This document shows, piece after piece, positions 48,406 through 59,273 of a stretch of 64,000 bases of DNA. Position 1 is the first letter of the stretch. The number at the start of each line of letters is the position of its first letter. This DNA is from Chitinophagaceae bacterium (GTDB lineage Bacteria; Bacteroidota; Bacteroidia; Chitinophagales; Chitinophagaceae), in assembly GCA_044234005.1 (NCBI GenBank), contig JBIIJE010000001.1:12130-76129 (forward strand), written 5' to 3'. Made by a program: the position numbers and the translations under genes. The notes beneath the pieces are model-generated. The model saw only the letters and a program-made list of their open reading frames with translations. It was not told the origin of the DNA and did not search any database.

Positions 48406-49218
48406 TTATTTCTTTTTCTTGCTGCTTGAATTGGGTTTTACATATTGCGTGTTTTCAGGAAATTCGGTAAATCTAGGTGCTTTTCTAGTTTTGTCCAACA
48501 TCCAGACATTCACCGGCAGTTCGTTACTTCTATGTGGAAGGCTTTTTTCGCGTTGTTGAATATAGAGGCTATCAACCTTAGAATTACTGTGTGTTTCATG
48601 CACTATATCATCTACTTGATAAGCAACAATTTTCTCTATTTTTCTTGTCTCCATATTGAAATAAGTCCAATTGCCATGCCTAACACTACCCATTTCTGTC
48701 GCAATCACCACAGGTTTTTCAATACCTGTAATAGGGTCTTCTACCAAAATGGTATCTAAAAGTTGTGTTGCCTTTAAGGCCAAAAAATTCCCTATACAAA
48801 ACAATCTACCTTGCTCGTAATACTTTGCTTCGCCGTCTTTATTCCCAGATTTATATATCTCTTCGGCTGTCAAATCGCCGTTTAATGTATAGGTTTGCCA
48901 TTTTCCTACTTTTTTATTGTCTAAATAAGTGCCATACTCCATCAAACCTTCCTCGCCATAGCGCGGCGGGATCGTTATGAGCCATTTTCCTTGCCTTCTA
49001 TTTTTACCATCCAATTTATTAATTGTATCCCCATTATCCATGATTTCATAAGATAGTAGCTCTAATTTTTGGGTCAAAATATGACTTGCAACGGCAGGGT
49101 TTGTTTTAGGTTGTGGTTTCTTTTTTTGCGCATTGGCTATTAATCCTTGAATTGACAAGAGTATAACGAGCAAACAATGTTTCTTAACAATTAGCTTCAC
49201 TTTACAATAATACATCAA
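48406..49218 (-). CDS. Secreted protein with MORN-variant (YwqK-like) repeats
   Basis: 270-aa ORF with a signal-like N-terminus and repeats such as GKWQTYTLNGDLTAEEIYKSGNKDGEAKYYEQGRL. Confidence 0.4.
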   Translation of the reverse strand: MMYYCKVKLIVKKHCLLVILLSIQGLIANAQKKKPQPKTNPAVASHILTQKLELLSYEIMDNGDTINKLDGKNRRQGKWLITIPPRYGEEGLMEYGTYLDNKKVGKWQTYTLNGDLTAEEIYKSGNKDGEAKYYEQGRLFCIGNFLALKATQLLDTILVEDPITGIEKPVVIATEMGSVRHGNWTYFNMETRKIEKIVAYQVDDIVHETHSNSKVDSLYIQQREKSLPHRSNELPVNVWMLDKTRKAPRFTEFPENTQYVKPNSSSKKKK

Positions 49219-49289
49219 TTTGCTATTTTGACCGAAACTTGTCTATTCAGCTGCTAGGACTTATTTTAGCCCAAAGAACTTTCTCCCCT

Positions 49290-52124
49290 ATGTTTAAAAA
49301 AATCAACACTCTTTTCTTCTTATACTTCTTTGCTATGCAAGCTCTTGCTCAAACCTCTTCTTCGCTTCGAATGACATCATTTGAAAAAATGCGAAATGAA
49401 AAATCGCTGCTTGATGGTATCCCATTCCGCAACATAGGGCCTAGTATTATGAGCGGCAGGGTAACAGACGTAGAAGTAAATCCAAATGATGCCACCGAAT
49501 TTTATGTAGCCTATGCGAGTGGTGGTGTATGGCATACTAATAATAATGGCCAATCTTTTACCCCTATTTTCGATAGAGAGGCAACGCTCACCGTTGGGGA
49601 TATGGCAATGGATTGGAAGCATCACACCCTTTGGGTTGGTACTGGGGAAGTCAATTCTTCACGTTCATCTTATGCAGGAACTGGTATTTATAAAACAACT
49701 GATACTGGGAAAACTTGGACACATTATGGATTGATGGAAAGTCATCATATTGGAAGAATTGTTTTGCATCCCACTAATCCGCAAATGGCATGGGTAGCTG
49801 TTTTAGGCCATTTATATACACCTAATGCTGAGCGCGGAATTTTTACAACAAAAGATGGAGGAGCCACTTGGCAACATACATTATCAATCAATGATACTAC
49901 TGGCTGTGTTGATTTAATAATGCATCCCACTAACTCCAATATTTTATACGCAAGCTCTTGGACTCGTACTCGTCAAGCTTGGAATTTTTCGGGGGCAGGA
50001 GAAGGAAGTGGTATTTATCAAAGTATAAATGGCGGTAGCACTTGGCAATTACTCACGAATGAAAAAAGCGGGTTTCCAATTGGTAAAGGAGTGGGCAGAA
50101 TTGGATTAAGCATTAGTGCGACGAACCCCAACACGTTGTATGCATTTCTAGATAATAATTTTTTACAAGAAAAAAATAAGAATGCAGTAATCAAGACATT
50201 GAAACCCAAAGACTTTTTAACTATGACCAAAGAACATTTTTTAAAGATAGAAAATGCGTCTCTGAATGAATATTTAAAAAACAATGGTTATCCGGAAAAA
50301 TATTCCGCTGACAACCTGAAAGCAAGCATACAAAAAAATGAATTTAGTGTAAAAGATATAGGCGATTGGAAGCTTGGTGATGCAGATAATAATTTGTTCG
50401 ATACAGATGTAATTGGGGCAGAACTATATCGCAGTAATGACGGTGGATCTACATGGTTCAAAACACATAAAGAGTTATTAAATGGAGTTGTATTTACATA
50501 TGGGTATTATTTTGGAACAATTAGTGTATCTCCTCAAAATCCTGATAAAGTAATTGCAGCAGGTTATGCGATAGTGGCTAGCGAGGATGGTGGTAAAACG
50601 TTTGCTGATATTGGTGGTGAAAATTGCCATCCTGACTATCATCGTATTTGGATAAATCCCCAAAATGATAAACATATGATAACTGCAAATGATGGCGGTA
50701 TAAATATCACTTACGATGCTGGTAAACATTGGTTTAAAGCGAATAGCCCAGCTGTTGGACAATTTTATACAGTTCAAGTCGATAATGCCAAACCTTACAA
50801 TGTGTATGGAGGTTTACAAGACAATGGAACTTGGACTGCTGCTAGCCAAACTATCGACAACAGTGCTTGGCATCAAAGTGGAATTAATGCGTTTAAAAAC
50901 ATTGGTGATGGTGATGGGATGCAAGTACAAGTAGATACACGCGATAATGAAACTGTTTATGTTGGTTATCAATTTGGGAATTATTTCAAAATCAATAAAA
51001 ATAATTTATCGGCTAGCTTTATAAAACCCGTGAATGATATAGGCGAGAAAAATTATCGATTTAATTGGCAAACGCCAATCTTATTGAGTCCACACAACCA
51101 AGATATATTTTATATCGGATCCAATTGTTTTCATCGCTCAATGTCGAAGGGTGAAAATTTAAAGACATTGGGTGGAGATTTGACTCAATCAAAAAACAAA
51201 GGGAATGTTCCATTTGGAACGCTCACAAGTATTACAGAAAGCCCATTGCGATTTGGACTGTTATATGCGGGTGCAGATGATGGCGCATTGCAAATTTCTA
51301 AAGATTTAGGTTATTCTTGGTGTAAAATAAATCAAAACTTACCTAATGATAGATGGGTAACAAGAGTAATGGCAAGTCAACATGTTGAGGAAAGAGTTTA
51401 TGCCACATTCAATGGATTGCGAAATGATGATTTCGCACCCTATGTGTATGTGAGTGATAATTATGGTAAAACATGGCAATCTATTGCTGAAGGCTTGCCA
51501 CACGAACCCATTAATGTTATTAAAGAAGACCCTAAAAACCCAGATATTTTATATGTGGGTACCGACAATGGCTTATATGTAAGCTATAATAGAAAAGAGT
51601 TCATTCCGTGGGTAAGCAACTTACCTCGCGTTGCCATTCATGATATTGCCATTCAAGCACGTGATAATGAAATTGTTTTGGGCACACATGGTAGGTCTAT
51701 TTACATTGCTTCTCTCAAGCTGCTACAAGCTTTGCCAGATATTAAACACAAACGTTTGCACATGTTTGAATTAGACACTATTTCGTATTATGGTAAATTA
51801 GGTAGTAAACCTGCTGTTTATGAAAAAGCAAATACCATAAATTTAAACATACCATTTTATTGTAAAAACGATAATGAAAAGCTAACTATTTCCATTACGA
51901 ATACTAAAACAAAAAGACCCGCTCACTCTTATCAAATTCAAGCCATTAAAGGGTTTAACACTTCAAAGTATGATGGGGCTATTGCTTTCAATACTACCAA
52001 TACCAAAGCACAAATCGCAGATGACGGCAAGTATTATTTACAACCCGGAACATATCAAGTAAAAATTAGTAGTTCAGATGGATTCAACGAAATAAAAACC
52101 TTTGTACTTAAAGAAAATGAATAA
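49290..52124 (+). CDS. BNR/Asp-box repeat (sortilin/VPS10-like beta-propeller) secreted protein
   Basis: There are at least six S/T-x-D-x-G-x-T-W Asp-boxes (TTDTGKTWTH, TKDGGATWQH, SINGGSTWQL, SNDGGSTWFK, SEDGGKTFAD, SDNYGKTWQS). The likely start is the ATG at 49290 (MFKKINTLFFLYFFAMQALAQ signal peptide). The track ORF starts at a TTG at 49239. Confidence 0.7.
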   Translation: MFKKINTLFFLYFFAMQALAQTSSSLRMTSFEKMRNEKSLLDGIPFRNIGPSIMSGRVTDVEVNPNDATEFYVAYASGGVWHTNNNGQSFTPIFDREATLTVGDMAMDWKHHTLWVGTGEVNSSRSSYAGTGIYKTTDTGKTWTHYGLMESHHIGRIVLHPTNPQMAWVAVLGHLYTPNAERGIFTTKDGGATWQHTLSINDTTGCVDLIMHPTNSNILYASSWTRTRQAWNFSGAGEGSGIYQSINGGSTWQLLTNEKSGFPIGKGVGRIGLSISATNPNTLYAFLDNNFLQEKNKNAVIKTLKPKDFLTMTKEHFLKIENASLNEYLKNNGYPEKYSADNLKASIQKNEFSVKDIGDWKLGDADNNLFDTDVIGAELYRSNDGGSTWFKTHKELLNGVVFTYGYYFGTISVSPQNPDKVIAAGYAIVASEDGGKTFADIGGENCHPDYHRIWINPQNDKHMITANDGGINITYDAGKHWFKANSPAVGQFYTVQVDNAKPYNVYGGLQDNGTWTAASQTIDNSAWHQSGINAFKNIGDGDGMQVQVDTRDNETVYVGYQFGNYFKINKNNLSASFIKPVNDIGEKNYRFNWQTPILLSPHNQDIFYIGSNCFHRSMSKGENLKTLGGDLTQSKNKGNVPFGTLTSITESPLRFGLLYAGADDGALQISKDLGYSWCKINQNLPNDRWVTRVMASQHVEERVYATFNGLRNDDFAPYVYVSDNYGKTWQSIAEGLPHEPINVIKEDPKNPDILYVGTDNGLYVSYNRKEFIPWVSNLPRVAIHDIAIQARDNEIVLGTHGRSIYIASLKLLQALPDIKHKRLHMFELDTISYYGKLGSKPAVYEKANTINLNIPFYCKNDNEKLTISITNTKTKRPAHSYQIQAIKGFNTSKYDGAIAFNTTNTKAQIADDGKYYLQPGTYQVKISSSDGFNEIKTFVLKENE

Positions 52125-52213
52125 TTTGAAAACGATGATAAGCCTAAATAGCCTTTAAAGAAGAACATTCACATTTGAGTAATCTTCTTGCTAATCTTAA
52201 AATCTATTCTCAT

Positions 52214-52642
52214 TTACTTTGTCGATTCGCTTTTGGTTGAATCCATTTCAGCAAGCTTTGCCTTTTCTAAATTTTGTTTCTCTTCGTAAGCTTTCTTTTT
52301 CTTCTCTCGCTTTTCTCGCTGAAAGTCATCAAACATCAAAAATTGTTGTTTGCTTAATACTTTACGCAACTCGCTGTCACGCTGCTTGTAAATAGCAATC
52401 GAGCCATTTCGTTTTGAAAGGGGATCAGGATTACTAGCATACAAAGAATCAAATTGACGTGATACGCGCAAATTAATATCAAATACCAACGGAATCTGAA
52501 CAGAATCTAATTTAACTGTTTCAACTAATTCATTTGTATAATACGTTGCTTTCTCTTCTAAGGTTCTCTTCTTAAAATTCTGGGCGCTCACATGAGTACA
52601 TACAATAATGCATATTGCTAAAATAAAGTAGGTAGTTTTCAT
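52214..52642 (-). CDS. Hypothetical secreted protein with a Lys/Glu-rich C-terminus
   Basis: 142-aa ORF with a signal peptide (MKTTYFILAICIIVCTHVSAQ). I recognise no family. Confidence 0.4.
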   Translation of the reverse strand: MKTTYFILAICIIVCTHVSAQNFKKRTLEEKATYYTNELVETVKLDSVQIPLVFDINLRVSRQFDSLYASNPDPLSKRNGSIAIYKQRDSELRKVLSKQQFLMFDDFQREKREKKKKAYEEKQNLEKAKLAEMDSTKSESTK

Positions 52643-52666
52643 AAATTTATCGAATTGAGAGAAGAA

Positions 52667-53329
52667 TTATCCGCCTATTAAACCTTTCAACATATGGAGC
52701 ATACCTCCGCCGCTTTGTTGCTGTTGAGGTTGTTGTTGTTGTTGTACACCACTGGCTGCTTTGGAAACCATGCCTATTATATCATCTAAGCCCATTTTGC
52801 CATCATTGTTCGCATCTAAACCACCGCTTGTTATTGACTTTAAAATACCACCAAAGTCTACACCACTTCCACTTGGCGCTTGCGGTTGCTGCGTACCAGG
52901 AAACTGAACAGGACTTCCTTGCTGTGTGGATCCACCTGTTAAAGCACCGATAATTCCGTTGATATCAAAATTTTTATTAGTTGGGTCATTTGTTTTACCA
53001 ACAACGGATGCTAATACTTTGGGTATCAATGATGCTGCAATTGAAGTTGCTGCAGGGCTATCAATGCCAAATTTTTTCATTAAACCACCCACCATATTAT
53101 TTACGATGCCACCAACAATAGGATTATTTGTGCTTGGCGCGCTGCTTCCCGTGAACATTCCTAAAACATCTTTCAAACCTCCATTGGCTAATGCTCCTTG
53201 CAAACCATTAAAAATTGACTCAGTAGCCAGACCAACTGCCTGATTATTATGATCATTAGGTATTACAGGATTGCTAATTATCTCATGTTCTGATTCTTGT
53301 TGAATCAAATTAAATAACTGCTCTAACAT
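52667..53329 (-). CDS. Gly/Gln-rich hypothetical protein (DUF937-like?)
   Basis: 220-aa low-complexity ORF with repeated GGL/GGI motifs and a QQQQQPQQQQ tract. Confidence 0.35.
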   Translation of the reverse strand: MLEQLFNLIQQESEHEIISNPVIPNDHNNQAVGLATESIFNGLQGALANGGLKDVLGMFTGSSAPSTNNPIVGGIVNNMVGGLMKKFGIDSPAATSIAASLIPKVLASVVGKTNDPTNKNFDINGIIGALTGGSTQQGSPVQFPGTQQPQAPSGSGVDFGGILKSITSGGLDANNDGKMGLDDIIGMVSKAASGVQQQQQPQQQQSGGGMLHMLKGLIGG

Positions 53330-53425
53330 TGCATATTTTTTTATTGTGAAGGATAAAAGTAATACGAATTATGAAACAAAGCACAGTTCGTTAACTAAAG
53401 TTAACCACAGCAAAGAACCTCGAGA

Positions 53426-55099
53426 TTATGACAAACCTGTTATCTTCCCTTCAATATCAATATCCATATTCTCAGACGCTGGCACCGCTGGTAAGCCAGG
53501 CATCCGCATCATATCTCCTAAAATCGGGATTATAAAACCAGCACCAGCAGCAAATTCAAATTCACGAACTCTAATAATAAATCCTTTCGGACGACCAATT
53601 GCAGTTTCCTTATCACTTAATGATTTTTGTGTTTTTGCCATGCATACAGGTAGCTTATCATAACCCAATTCCTCTATCATTTTCAATTGTGTTCTTGCAA
53701 TTGATGAATACTCCACACCATCAGCACCGTAAATTTCTGTTGCGATTTTACTTATTTTATCTTCTACCGAAAGATTCCAATCGTACAAAGGTTTGAAATG
53801 ATTCACACCAGACTCAATAATGTCAATTACATGTTGAGCCAATACAGCAGTTCCTTCGCCACCTTTTGCAAATCCATAAGACACGATAGCTTTCACGCCT
53901 TGTTTCTCACAATACGTTTGTACATATTCTATTTCTTCATTACTATCCGTTGGAAAATGATTGATAGCAACCACAGGTGTAATGCCAAATTTTTTGCAAT
54001 TTTCAATATGCTTTTCTAAATTGGCAAATCCTTTTATGACCTTTTCAATATTTGGTGTATTGTATTCATCTTTTTTAGCACCACCATGATGTCTTAAAGC
54101 TCTTATTGTGGCAACAAGAACTATGGCATTGGGTGTTAAATTGCCATAACCACACTTTATATTCATAAATTTCTCCGCACCTAAGTCAGCACCGAAACCT
54201 GCTTCTGTAACCACATAATCAGCTAATGACAAACCCATTTTAGTAGCCAAAATCGTATTCGTTCCTTGCGCAATATTGGCAAATGGACCACCATGTAAAA
54301 TAGCAGGATTTCCTTCCAAGGTTTGCACTAAATTTGGCTTAATGGCATCTTTCAATAATAAAGTCATTGCGCCTTCTGCTTTCAGATCACGCGCGTAGAT
54401 GGGTTTTTTATCAAATGTGAATCCAATAAAAATATTACCTAAACGTTGTTTCAAATCATACAAATCTTTACTCATGCAAAGTATGGCCATGACTTCACTT
54501 GCTGGCGTAATATTAAATCCATCTTCGCGAGGTATACCATTGGCAGTTCCTCCGATTCCAATGATGATATGTCGCAAAGCTCTATCATTCATATCCATTA
54601 CTCGTTTCCATTTTATGGTGCGAGGATCAATATTTAGATTGTGCTGCTTATTCTGTAGATTATTGTCGATTAAAGCGCTCAACAAATTATTAGCTTTCTC
54701 AATTGCCGCAAAGTCACCTGTAAAATGCAGATTGATATCTTCCATAGGAATCACTTGCGAGTAGCCACCACCTGCAGCCCCTCCTTTAATGCCAAATACT
54801 GGACCTAAGCTAGGTTCTCGTAACACCACTATCGATTTTTTACCTATCTTCTGTAACCCTTCATGTAAGCCGATTGAGACAGTTGTTTTACCTTCTCCAG
54901 CAGGTGTTGGATTGATAGCTGAAACCAAAATAAGTTTAGCATTTTTTATTTTTTCTTCATCGATTAAATCAAGTGGCAGCTTGGCTTTGTGCTTACCATA
55001 ATAATGAAGATCATCTTCATGAATATTAATCTTGGCAGCTATAGTTTTGATGTGTTTGATTTCTGCTTGCTGTGCAATATCTAAATCGCTTGGGAACAT
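53426..55099 (-). CDS. fhs: Formate--tetrahydrofolate ligase
   Basis: 557-aa ORF with [16 protein letters not shown] (P-loop), [19 protein letters not shown] and [10 protein letters not shown] blocks characteristic of Fhs. Confidence 0.92.
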   Translation of the reverse strand: MFPSDLDIAQQAEIKHIKTIAAKINIHEDDLHYYGKHKAKLPLDLIDEEKIKNAKLILVSAINPTPAGEGKTTVSIGLHEGLQKIGKKSIVVLREPSLGPVFGIKGGAAGGGYSQVIPMEDINLHFTGDFAAIEKANNLLSALIDNNLQNKQHNLNIDPRTIKWKRVMDMNDRALRHIIIGIGGTANGIPREDGFNITPASEVMAILCMSKDLYDLKQRLGNIFIGFTFDKKPIYARDLKAEGAMTLLLKDAIKPNLVQTLEGNPAILHGGPFANIAQGTNTILATKMGLSLADYVVTEAGFGADLGAEKFMNIKCGYGNLTPNAIVLVATIRALRHHGGAKKDEYNTPNIEKVIKGFANLEKHIENCKKFGITPVVAINHFPTDSNEEIEYVQTYCEKQGVKAIVSYGFAKGGEGTAVLAQHVIDIIESGVNHFKPLYDWNLSVEDKISKIATEIYGADGVEYSSIARTQLKMIEELGYDKLPVCMAKTQKSLSDKETAIGRPKGFIIRVREFEFAAGAGFIIPILGDMMRMPGLPAVPASENMDIDIEGKITGLS

Positions 55100-55200
55100 A
55101 TTATTTTATTTTACTCAAATTAAAATAAAATTCTCCATAAGGTTACATAAAAAAAGCAAACAATATCCGTTCCTTTCTTCTAACCATTTAATATCTTCAA

Positions 55201-55707
55201 CTAGTCTCTTAAGTACTTGTATTGCGTACCGTATAATATCACAAAAATAATTGGAATAAGTAACCCTGAAACTACAGCTGCCCCCATAATTGAATTAGAC
55301 CCTAAAATAAAAATGGTGGCAACTGGAAGTAATAATTCGCCCACTGTATAGACATTAAATCCAGTTTTTCGAAGTTTGCGCATTTGCAACGCTCCTAAAA
55401 AGCAGAGCAGTAATGAAACAAGTGTGATAATTAATATAATCATTTTATTATCGCATTGCTTCATCGCTAAATCTACTGAACCGCTTACCATTTTACTCAG
55501 CAAGCCTCCACCCAAGGCTTCTGTATCTAAAGAGCCTAAAGTTTCCACTGATTTACAAATTGTAAAATAGGAATAAATGGACCCAAAAAATGAAAATGCA
55601 CAAGCTACATAGGTAAGTATGGTTAATACGTTTAACATAGTAGGCAGTTGCTTCATATCGCCACTTTCAACATTTAATAGGTCACGAGATTCGTTATATT
55701 CTGACAT
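55201..55707 (-). CDS. Hypothetical small membrane protein (4 predicted helices)
   Basis: 168-aa ORF with four hydrophobic segments. I recognise no family. Confidence 0.4.
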   Translation of the reverse strand: MSEYNESRDLLNVESGDMKQLPTMLNVLTILTYVACAFSFFGSIYSYFTICKSVETLGSLDTEALGGGLLSKMVSGSVDLAMKQCDNKMIILIITLVSLLLCFLGALQMRKLRKTGFNVYTVGELLLPVATIFILGSNSIMGAAVVSGLLIPIIFVILYGTQYKYLRD

Positions 55708-55770
55708 AATTTTAATTTTTGTTGTGTAAATACAGTTTTTCTATTTCTGAACATTAAATGGGGCTTCAAA

Positions 55771-56151
55771 TTACTTGCCTGCAATCATTGATATTTCAAC
55801 ATTCACTCCTTTTGGCAAACCCGCAACGTGCACAGTTTCTCGCGCTGGGAAATTAGAAGTAAAGAAAGTAGCATACACTTCATTTACAGCAGCAAAATAC
55901 TTCATGTCGCTTAGGAAAATTGAAGTTTTTAGTACATTTTCGAAATCATAACCAGCTTCTTGCAATACGGCAGCAATATTTCTCATTACTTGTGTCGTTT
56001 CTTCGGGGATACTAGATAACTGCAAATTATCTGTGCCCGGAATGAGGGCAATTTGACCCGATAAAAACAACATGCCATTACTTTCAACCGCTTGACTATA
56101 AGGTCCTATCGGTGCTGGAGCTTCTTTAGATTGTATTATTCTTTTACTCAT
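55771..56151 (-). CDS. ridA: RidA/YjgF-family reactive-intermediate deaminase
   Basis: 126-aa ORF with APAPIGPYSQAV and a C-terminal PARETVHVAGLPKGVNVEI. Confidence 0.85.
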   Translation of the reverse strand: MSKRIIQSKEAPAPIGPYSQAVESNGMLFLSGQIALIPGTDNLQLSSIPEETTQVMRNIAAVLQEAGYDFENVLKTSIFLSDMKYFAAVNEVYATFFTSNFPARETVHVAGLPKGVNVEISMIAGK

Positions 56152-56289
56152 TTGGTAAAAATAATTTTTCCTTCGATTTATTTCAACTTTAATCTCAAAA
56201 TATTATCATTTTATAGCGAGCATAACCCTTTTTAAAAAAGACTTCCCTTAATATTGTGACAAACAGTCCAATTTTCACACTTGCTCATT

Positions 56290-56928
56290 ATGTCAAATCA
56301 CTTATTATACATCGATACAAGCGCTCATAAAGCAACTTATATGCTCGTAAATGAGCATGAAATAGTATCACATAAATATCATGAAGTGCAGAACGAACAT
56401 GGGCAAACGATTAATCGATTATTGCAAGAATTACTACAAGAATCAGCATTGACTTTTGCCGATTTGAAAGGAGTAGTAGTTTTAAACGGTCCAGGCTCTT
56501 ACACTGGCTTGCGTATCTCGTTGTCGAGTGCAAAAGGAATTTGCTATGCTCATGACATCCCTTTGTTATTGATTAATAAACTCAATCTAATTAACGCACA
56601 TGCGAGCGATCTTGCGCGTACGAAAACGATACTTATACCTGCTCGTGAAAATGAATATTATTCAGCTACATATAACAAAAAAAACGAATGCCTTCTAGCG
56701 CCAAATTTACTTAATAGCCTAGAAGTGAGCAATTTAACAAAGCAATATGATAGTGTATTAATAAGTGACATAAGTATATGCGACTCATTATTTAAGACAG
56801 ATATTATAATTACGTATGAATTAAGTACGATTTTTCAAGTAATAAATAATACATATCTGCTTGATAAAGAGGCTAATTTGTTCGATTCTGAACCTTTTTA
56901 CCTCAAAAATGTGTACTTTAACAAATAA
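56290..56928 (+). CDS. tsaB: tRNA N6-threonylcarbamoyladenosine biosynthesis protein TsaB
   Basis: Contains LLYIDTS... and VVVLNGPGSYTGLRISLSSAKGICYAHDIPLL, typical of TsaB (YeaZ). The ATG at 56290 is preferred over the TTG at 56281. Confidence 0.75.
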   Translation: MSNHLLYIDTSAHKATYMLVNEHEIVSHKYHEVQNEHGQTINRLLQELLQESALTFADLKGVVVLNGPGSYTGLRISLSSAKGICYAHDIPLLLINKLNLINAHASDLARTKTILIPARENEYYSATYNKKNECLLAPNLLNSLEVSNLTKQYDSVLISDISICDSLFKTDIIITYELSTIFQVINNTYLLDKEANLFDSEPFYLKNVYFNK

Positions 56929-57069
56929 AAATATTTTAAATATTTGTTTTTTTAATAATATTTTTAAATTTACATTTCAGTTAGTTATAATTTTTTTCAT
57001 TTATAATTAATACTGATAATCAAGGAGCAACAAATACAGGAAGTAATAAATAAATAATATTAAATTACA

Positions 57070-57432
57070 ATGGGAAGCAACCAATCAAATTCAAACATCA
57101 TCTCGGTAAATTTAAATAACGAAGTTTCAAGTTCTACCATTAATTATTTAGACATAAAAAAAGGAGCTGCTATTATTCGAGCTATTAATCACAAATTACG
57201 TCAATCAATTATTAAATTGCTAGAAGAAAAGAGCAATCTTACAGTTACGGAAATTTATGTAAAGTTACGTGTGGAGCAATCAGTGGCATCTCAACATCTC
57301 GCTATTTTGCGACGTGCTGAATTTGTGAATACATCACGAGAAGGGAAAAATATCCATTATTCGCTAAATAGAACAAGATTGACTGAGATAAATACGTTCG
57401 TAAAACAACTGCTTCACCGAGAAAACGCTTAA
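57070..57432 (+). CDS. ArsR/SmtB-family winged-helix transcriptional regulator
   Basis: 120-aa ORF with AINHKLRQSIIKLLEEKSNLTVTEIYVKLRVEQSVASQHLAILRRAEFVNTSREGKNIHYSL, an ArsR-type HTH. No metal-binding Cys motif is obvious. Confidence 0.7.
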   Translation: MGSNQSNSNIISVNLNNEVSSSTINYLDIKKGAAIIRAINHKLRQSIIKLLEEKSNLTVTEIYVKLRVEQSVASQHLAILRRAEFVNTSREGKNIHYSLNRTRLTEINTFVKQLLHRENA

Positions 57433-57472
57433 TCTTTCTTTGTTTAGTTAAGAATTCTTAAGTAGTATTTTC

Positions 57473-58159
57473 CTATTTATCTTGTAAAGTATGATTCTTA
57501 TCGATAGAATCGTGATTTTTGATTTCTAATAATTCTCCATCAGCACTAACTACCATTTGTGTATTAGTGTTTTCTGGTATTGCCTCGGTGGCATCGGTGG
57601 GCACGACTTCTTCACTTACAATTTCATTTAATCTCGGTAGTTCATCCAAGCTATTCAAGCCTAAATAATCCATGAAAGATTTAGATGTATTATACAATAG
57701 AGGTTTACCAACAGCATCTTCCAATCGTCCTGAAATCACAATCAATTCCTTTTCCAATAATTTTTGAACTGAATAATCAGAATTAACTCCGCGAATTTGC
57801 TCAATATCACTTTTTGTAATTGGTTGTTTATAAGCAATGATTGCCAAGGTTTCTAAAGCAGCTGTTGAAAGCCTTTTCGTATATTTCTCCCCATTTAATT
57901 TCGCTAAAGTGGGATAAAACTCTTTTTTACTTACGAATTGATAGCCTCCGCCAATTCGTTTTACCTCAAAAGGATAAAAGCTTGAAGCATATTTCTCAAC
58001 AATAGCTTCTAGTGCATTGGGTAATTTTTCTAAGTCGACGGTCATTTCCTCATTATTCAAACTCTCTTTCAATAACGCACTTATGTCTTCTTGGGTCAAT
58101 GGTTTATCTGCGCCAAATATTAAGGCTTCACTCTGTAACATTATATCTTCTATAGTCAT
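57473..58159 (-). CDS. scpB: Segregation and condensation protein B
   Basis: 228-aa ORF with EALIFGADKPL, LSTAALETLAIIAYKQPITKSDIEQIRGVNS and GRLEDAVGKPLLYNTSKSFMDYLGL blocks typical of ScpB. Confidence 0.85.
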   Translation of the reverse strand: MTIEDIMLQSEALIFGADKPLTQEDISALLKESLNNEEMTVDLEKLPNALEAIVEKYASSFYPFEVKRIGGGYQFVSKKEFYPTLAKLNGEKYTKRLSTAALETLAIIAYKQPITKSDIEQIRGVNSDYSVQKLLEKELIVISGRLEDAVGKPLLYNTSKSFMDYLGLNSLDELPRLNEIVSEEVVPTDATEAIPENTNTQMVVSADGELLEIKNHDSIDKNHTLQDK

Positions 58160-58289
58160 GTCTCTTAATTATTATTTTTTACAAAAAGTAAATGTAGCAG
58201 TTGCCAGTTAGAAGCACTCAAATACTAATTAACAGATGTGGGTAAAAAATAAACCGGAATCAAAATATATAATCCTCAAAATATTCAAA

Positions 58290-58297
58290 TACTTTTG
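58290..58297 (+). promoter_or_regulatory. Candidate -7 promoter box (TACTTTTG)
   Basis: Matches TAnnTTTG and lies 22 nt upstream of the ATG at 58320. Confidence 0.45.
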
Positions 58298-58319
58298 CAC
58301 CCTTATCTTTAAAGCTATT

Positions 58320-59099
58320 ATGAAAAGAAACTTTTTATCCGCTCTTTCTTGTATTCTTCTATTAAGTTTCAGCGCTCATTCCCAAATCCGTGAATTTGGC
58401 AGTGTAAGCAGCAGTGGCGGTCAAGGTGGCGGCTCTAATTTTATTAAATTAAATTTCGCTCCGCTTGCTTATAGTACAATTAGCTTAAATTATGAGCGTA
58501 TTATCGGCTCAAAGACCACCTTTGGAACAGGATTGACATTTCGTCCCAAAAGCGCATTGCCTTTTTCGAGCACTTTTAAATCGGCAAGCACTGAAGATTT
58601 TTCACTCGGTGATATTAAGTTGTCTACAATAGGCTTATTCCCAGAATTTCGATATTACACGAAGCAAGCTGGCAAAGGCTTTTATCTTGGTCTATACACA
58701 GGTGTTCGTAATGTTGGAATTGTTTTTCCTGTGAGTTATGTTGATAATGCCTCTGTGCGCCAAAGCGTAGATTTGAAAGGAAATGTATTAACCTTCATGG
58801 GTGGTTTCATGATGGGCGCTCAGTTTAAACTTTCATCTCGTTTGGTTTTAGATTGGACATTTTTAGCAGGCCATGGTTCTTACTCGCAAACAAAATTTAG
58901 CTATAGTTCTACTTATCCTATGACCACATCTGAACAAGCCGATTTGAAATTAACTTTTGATGGGTTAAAAGAAATAGGTGAATTTTTCCCGCCTTTTAGA
59001 AATGTAAAATATGATGTAGGAGCAAACTCTGGTTGGGTAAAATTAACAGGTTTAGGCTTTGGCGCAAGAGGAGGGTTCTCACTAGGGTACCGTTTCTAA
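58320..59099 (+). CDS. Hypothetical outer-membrane beta-barrel protein
   Basis: The ATG at 58320 gives the signal peptide MKRNFLSALSCILLLSFSAHSQ. Alternating beta-strand-like segments follow, and the C-terminus is ...GGFSLGYRF with a terminal Phe, as in OM beta-barrels. The longer track ORF would include the -7 box. Confidence 0.45.
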   Translation: MKRNFLSALSCILLLSFSAHSQIREFGSVSSSGGQGGGSNFIKLNFAPLAYSTISLNYERIIGSKTTFGTGLTFRPKSALPFSSTFKSASTEDFSLGDIKLSTIGLFPEFRYYTKQAGKGFYLGLYTGVRNVGIVFPVSYVDNASVRQSVDLKGNVLTFMGGFMMGAQFKLSSRLVLDWTFLAGHGSYSQTKFSYSSTYPMTTSEQADLKLTFDGLKEIGEFFPPFRNVKYDVGANSGWVKLTGLGFGARGGFSLGYRF

Positions 59100-59244
59100 A
59101 AAAATTCCCTCTACTAGAGTTGATTTTATCTTCTCCGTATTGTAAATGAAAGTTCGGACTTTCCCCTTTGATTGAAATCATTAAACTTTAAGGTGTGTAG
59201 AAATATAAGTGTGTATTTTACTTTGATAAGTGGTTGAGCAACCA

Positions 59245-59252
59245 TACTTTTG
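59245..59252 (+). promoter_or_regulatory. Candidate -7 promoter box (TACTTTTG)
   Basis: Matches TAnnTTTG and lies 21 nt upstream of the ATG at 59274. Its TTG is the start used by the ORF track. Confidence 0.45.
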
Positions 59253-59273
59253 CCACAAATTAAAAAAATTAAG

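Noticed and set aside
53346-54764. Several 63-121-aa plus-strand ORFs overlapping fhs
   Set aside because: They are antisense to the well-supported formate-tetrahydrofolate ligase gene and are treated as spurious.
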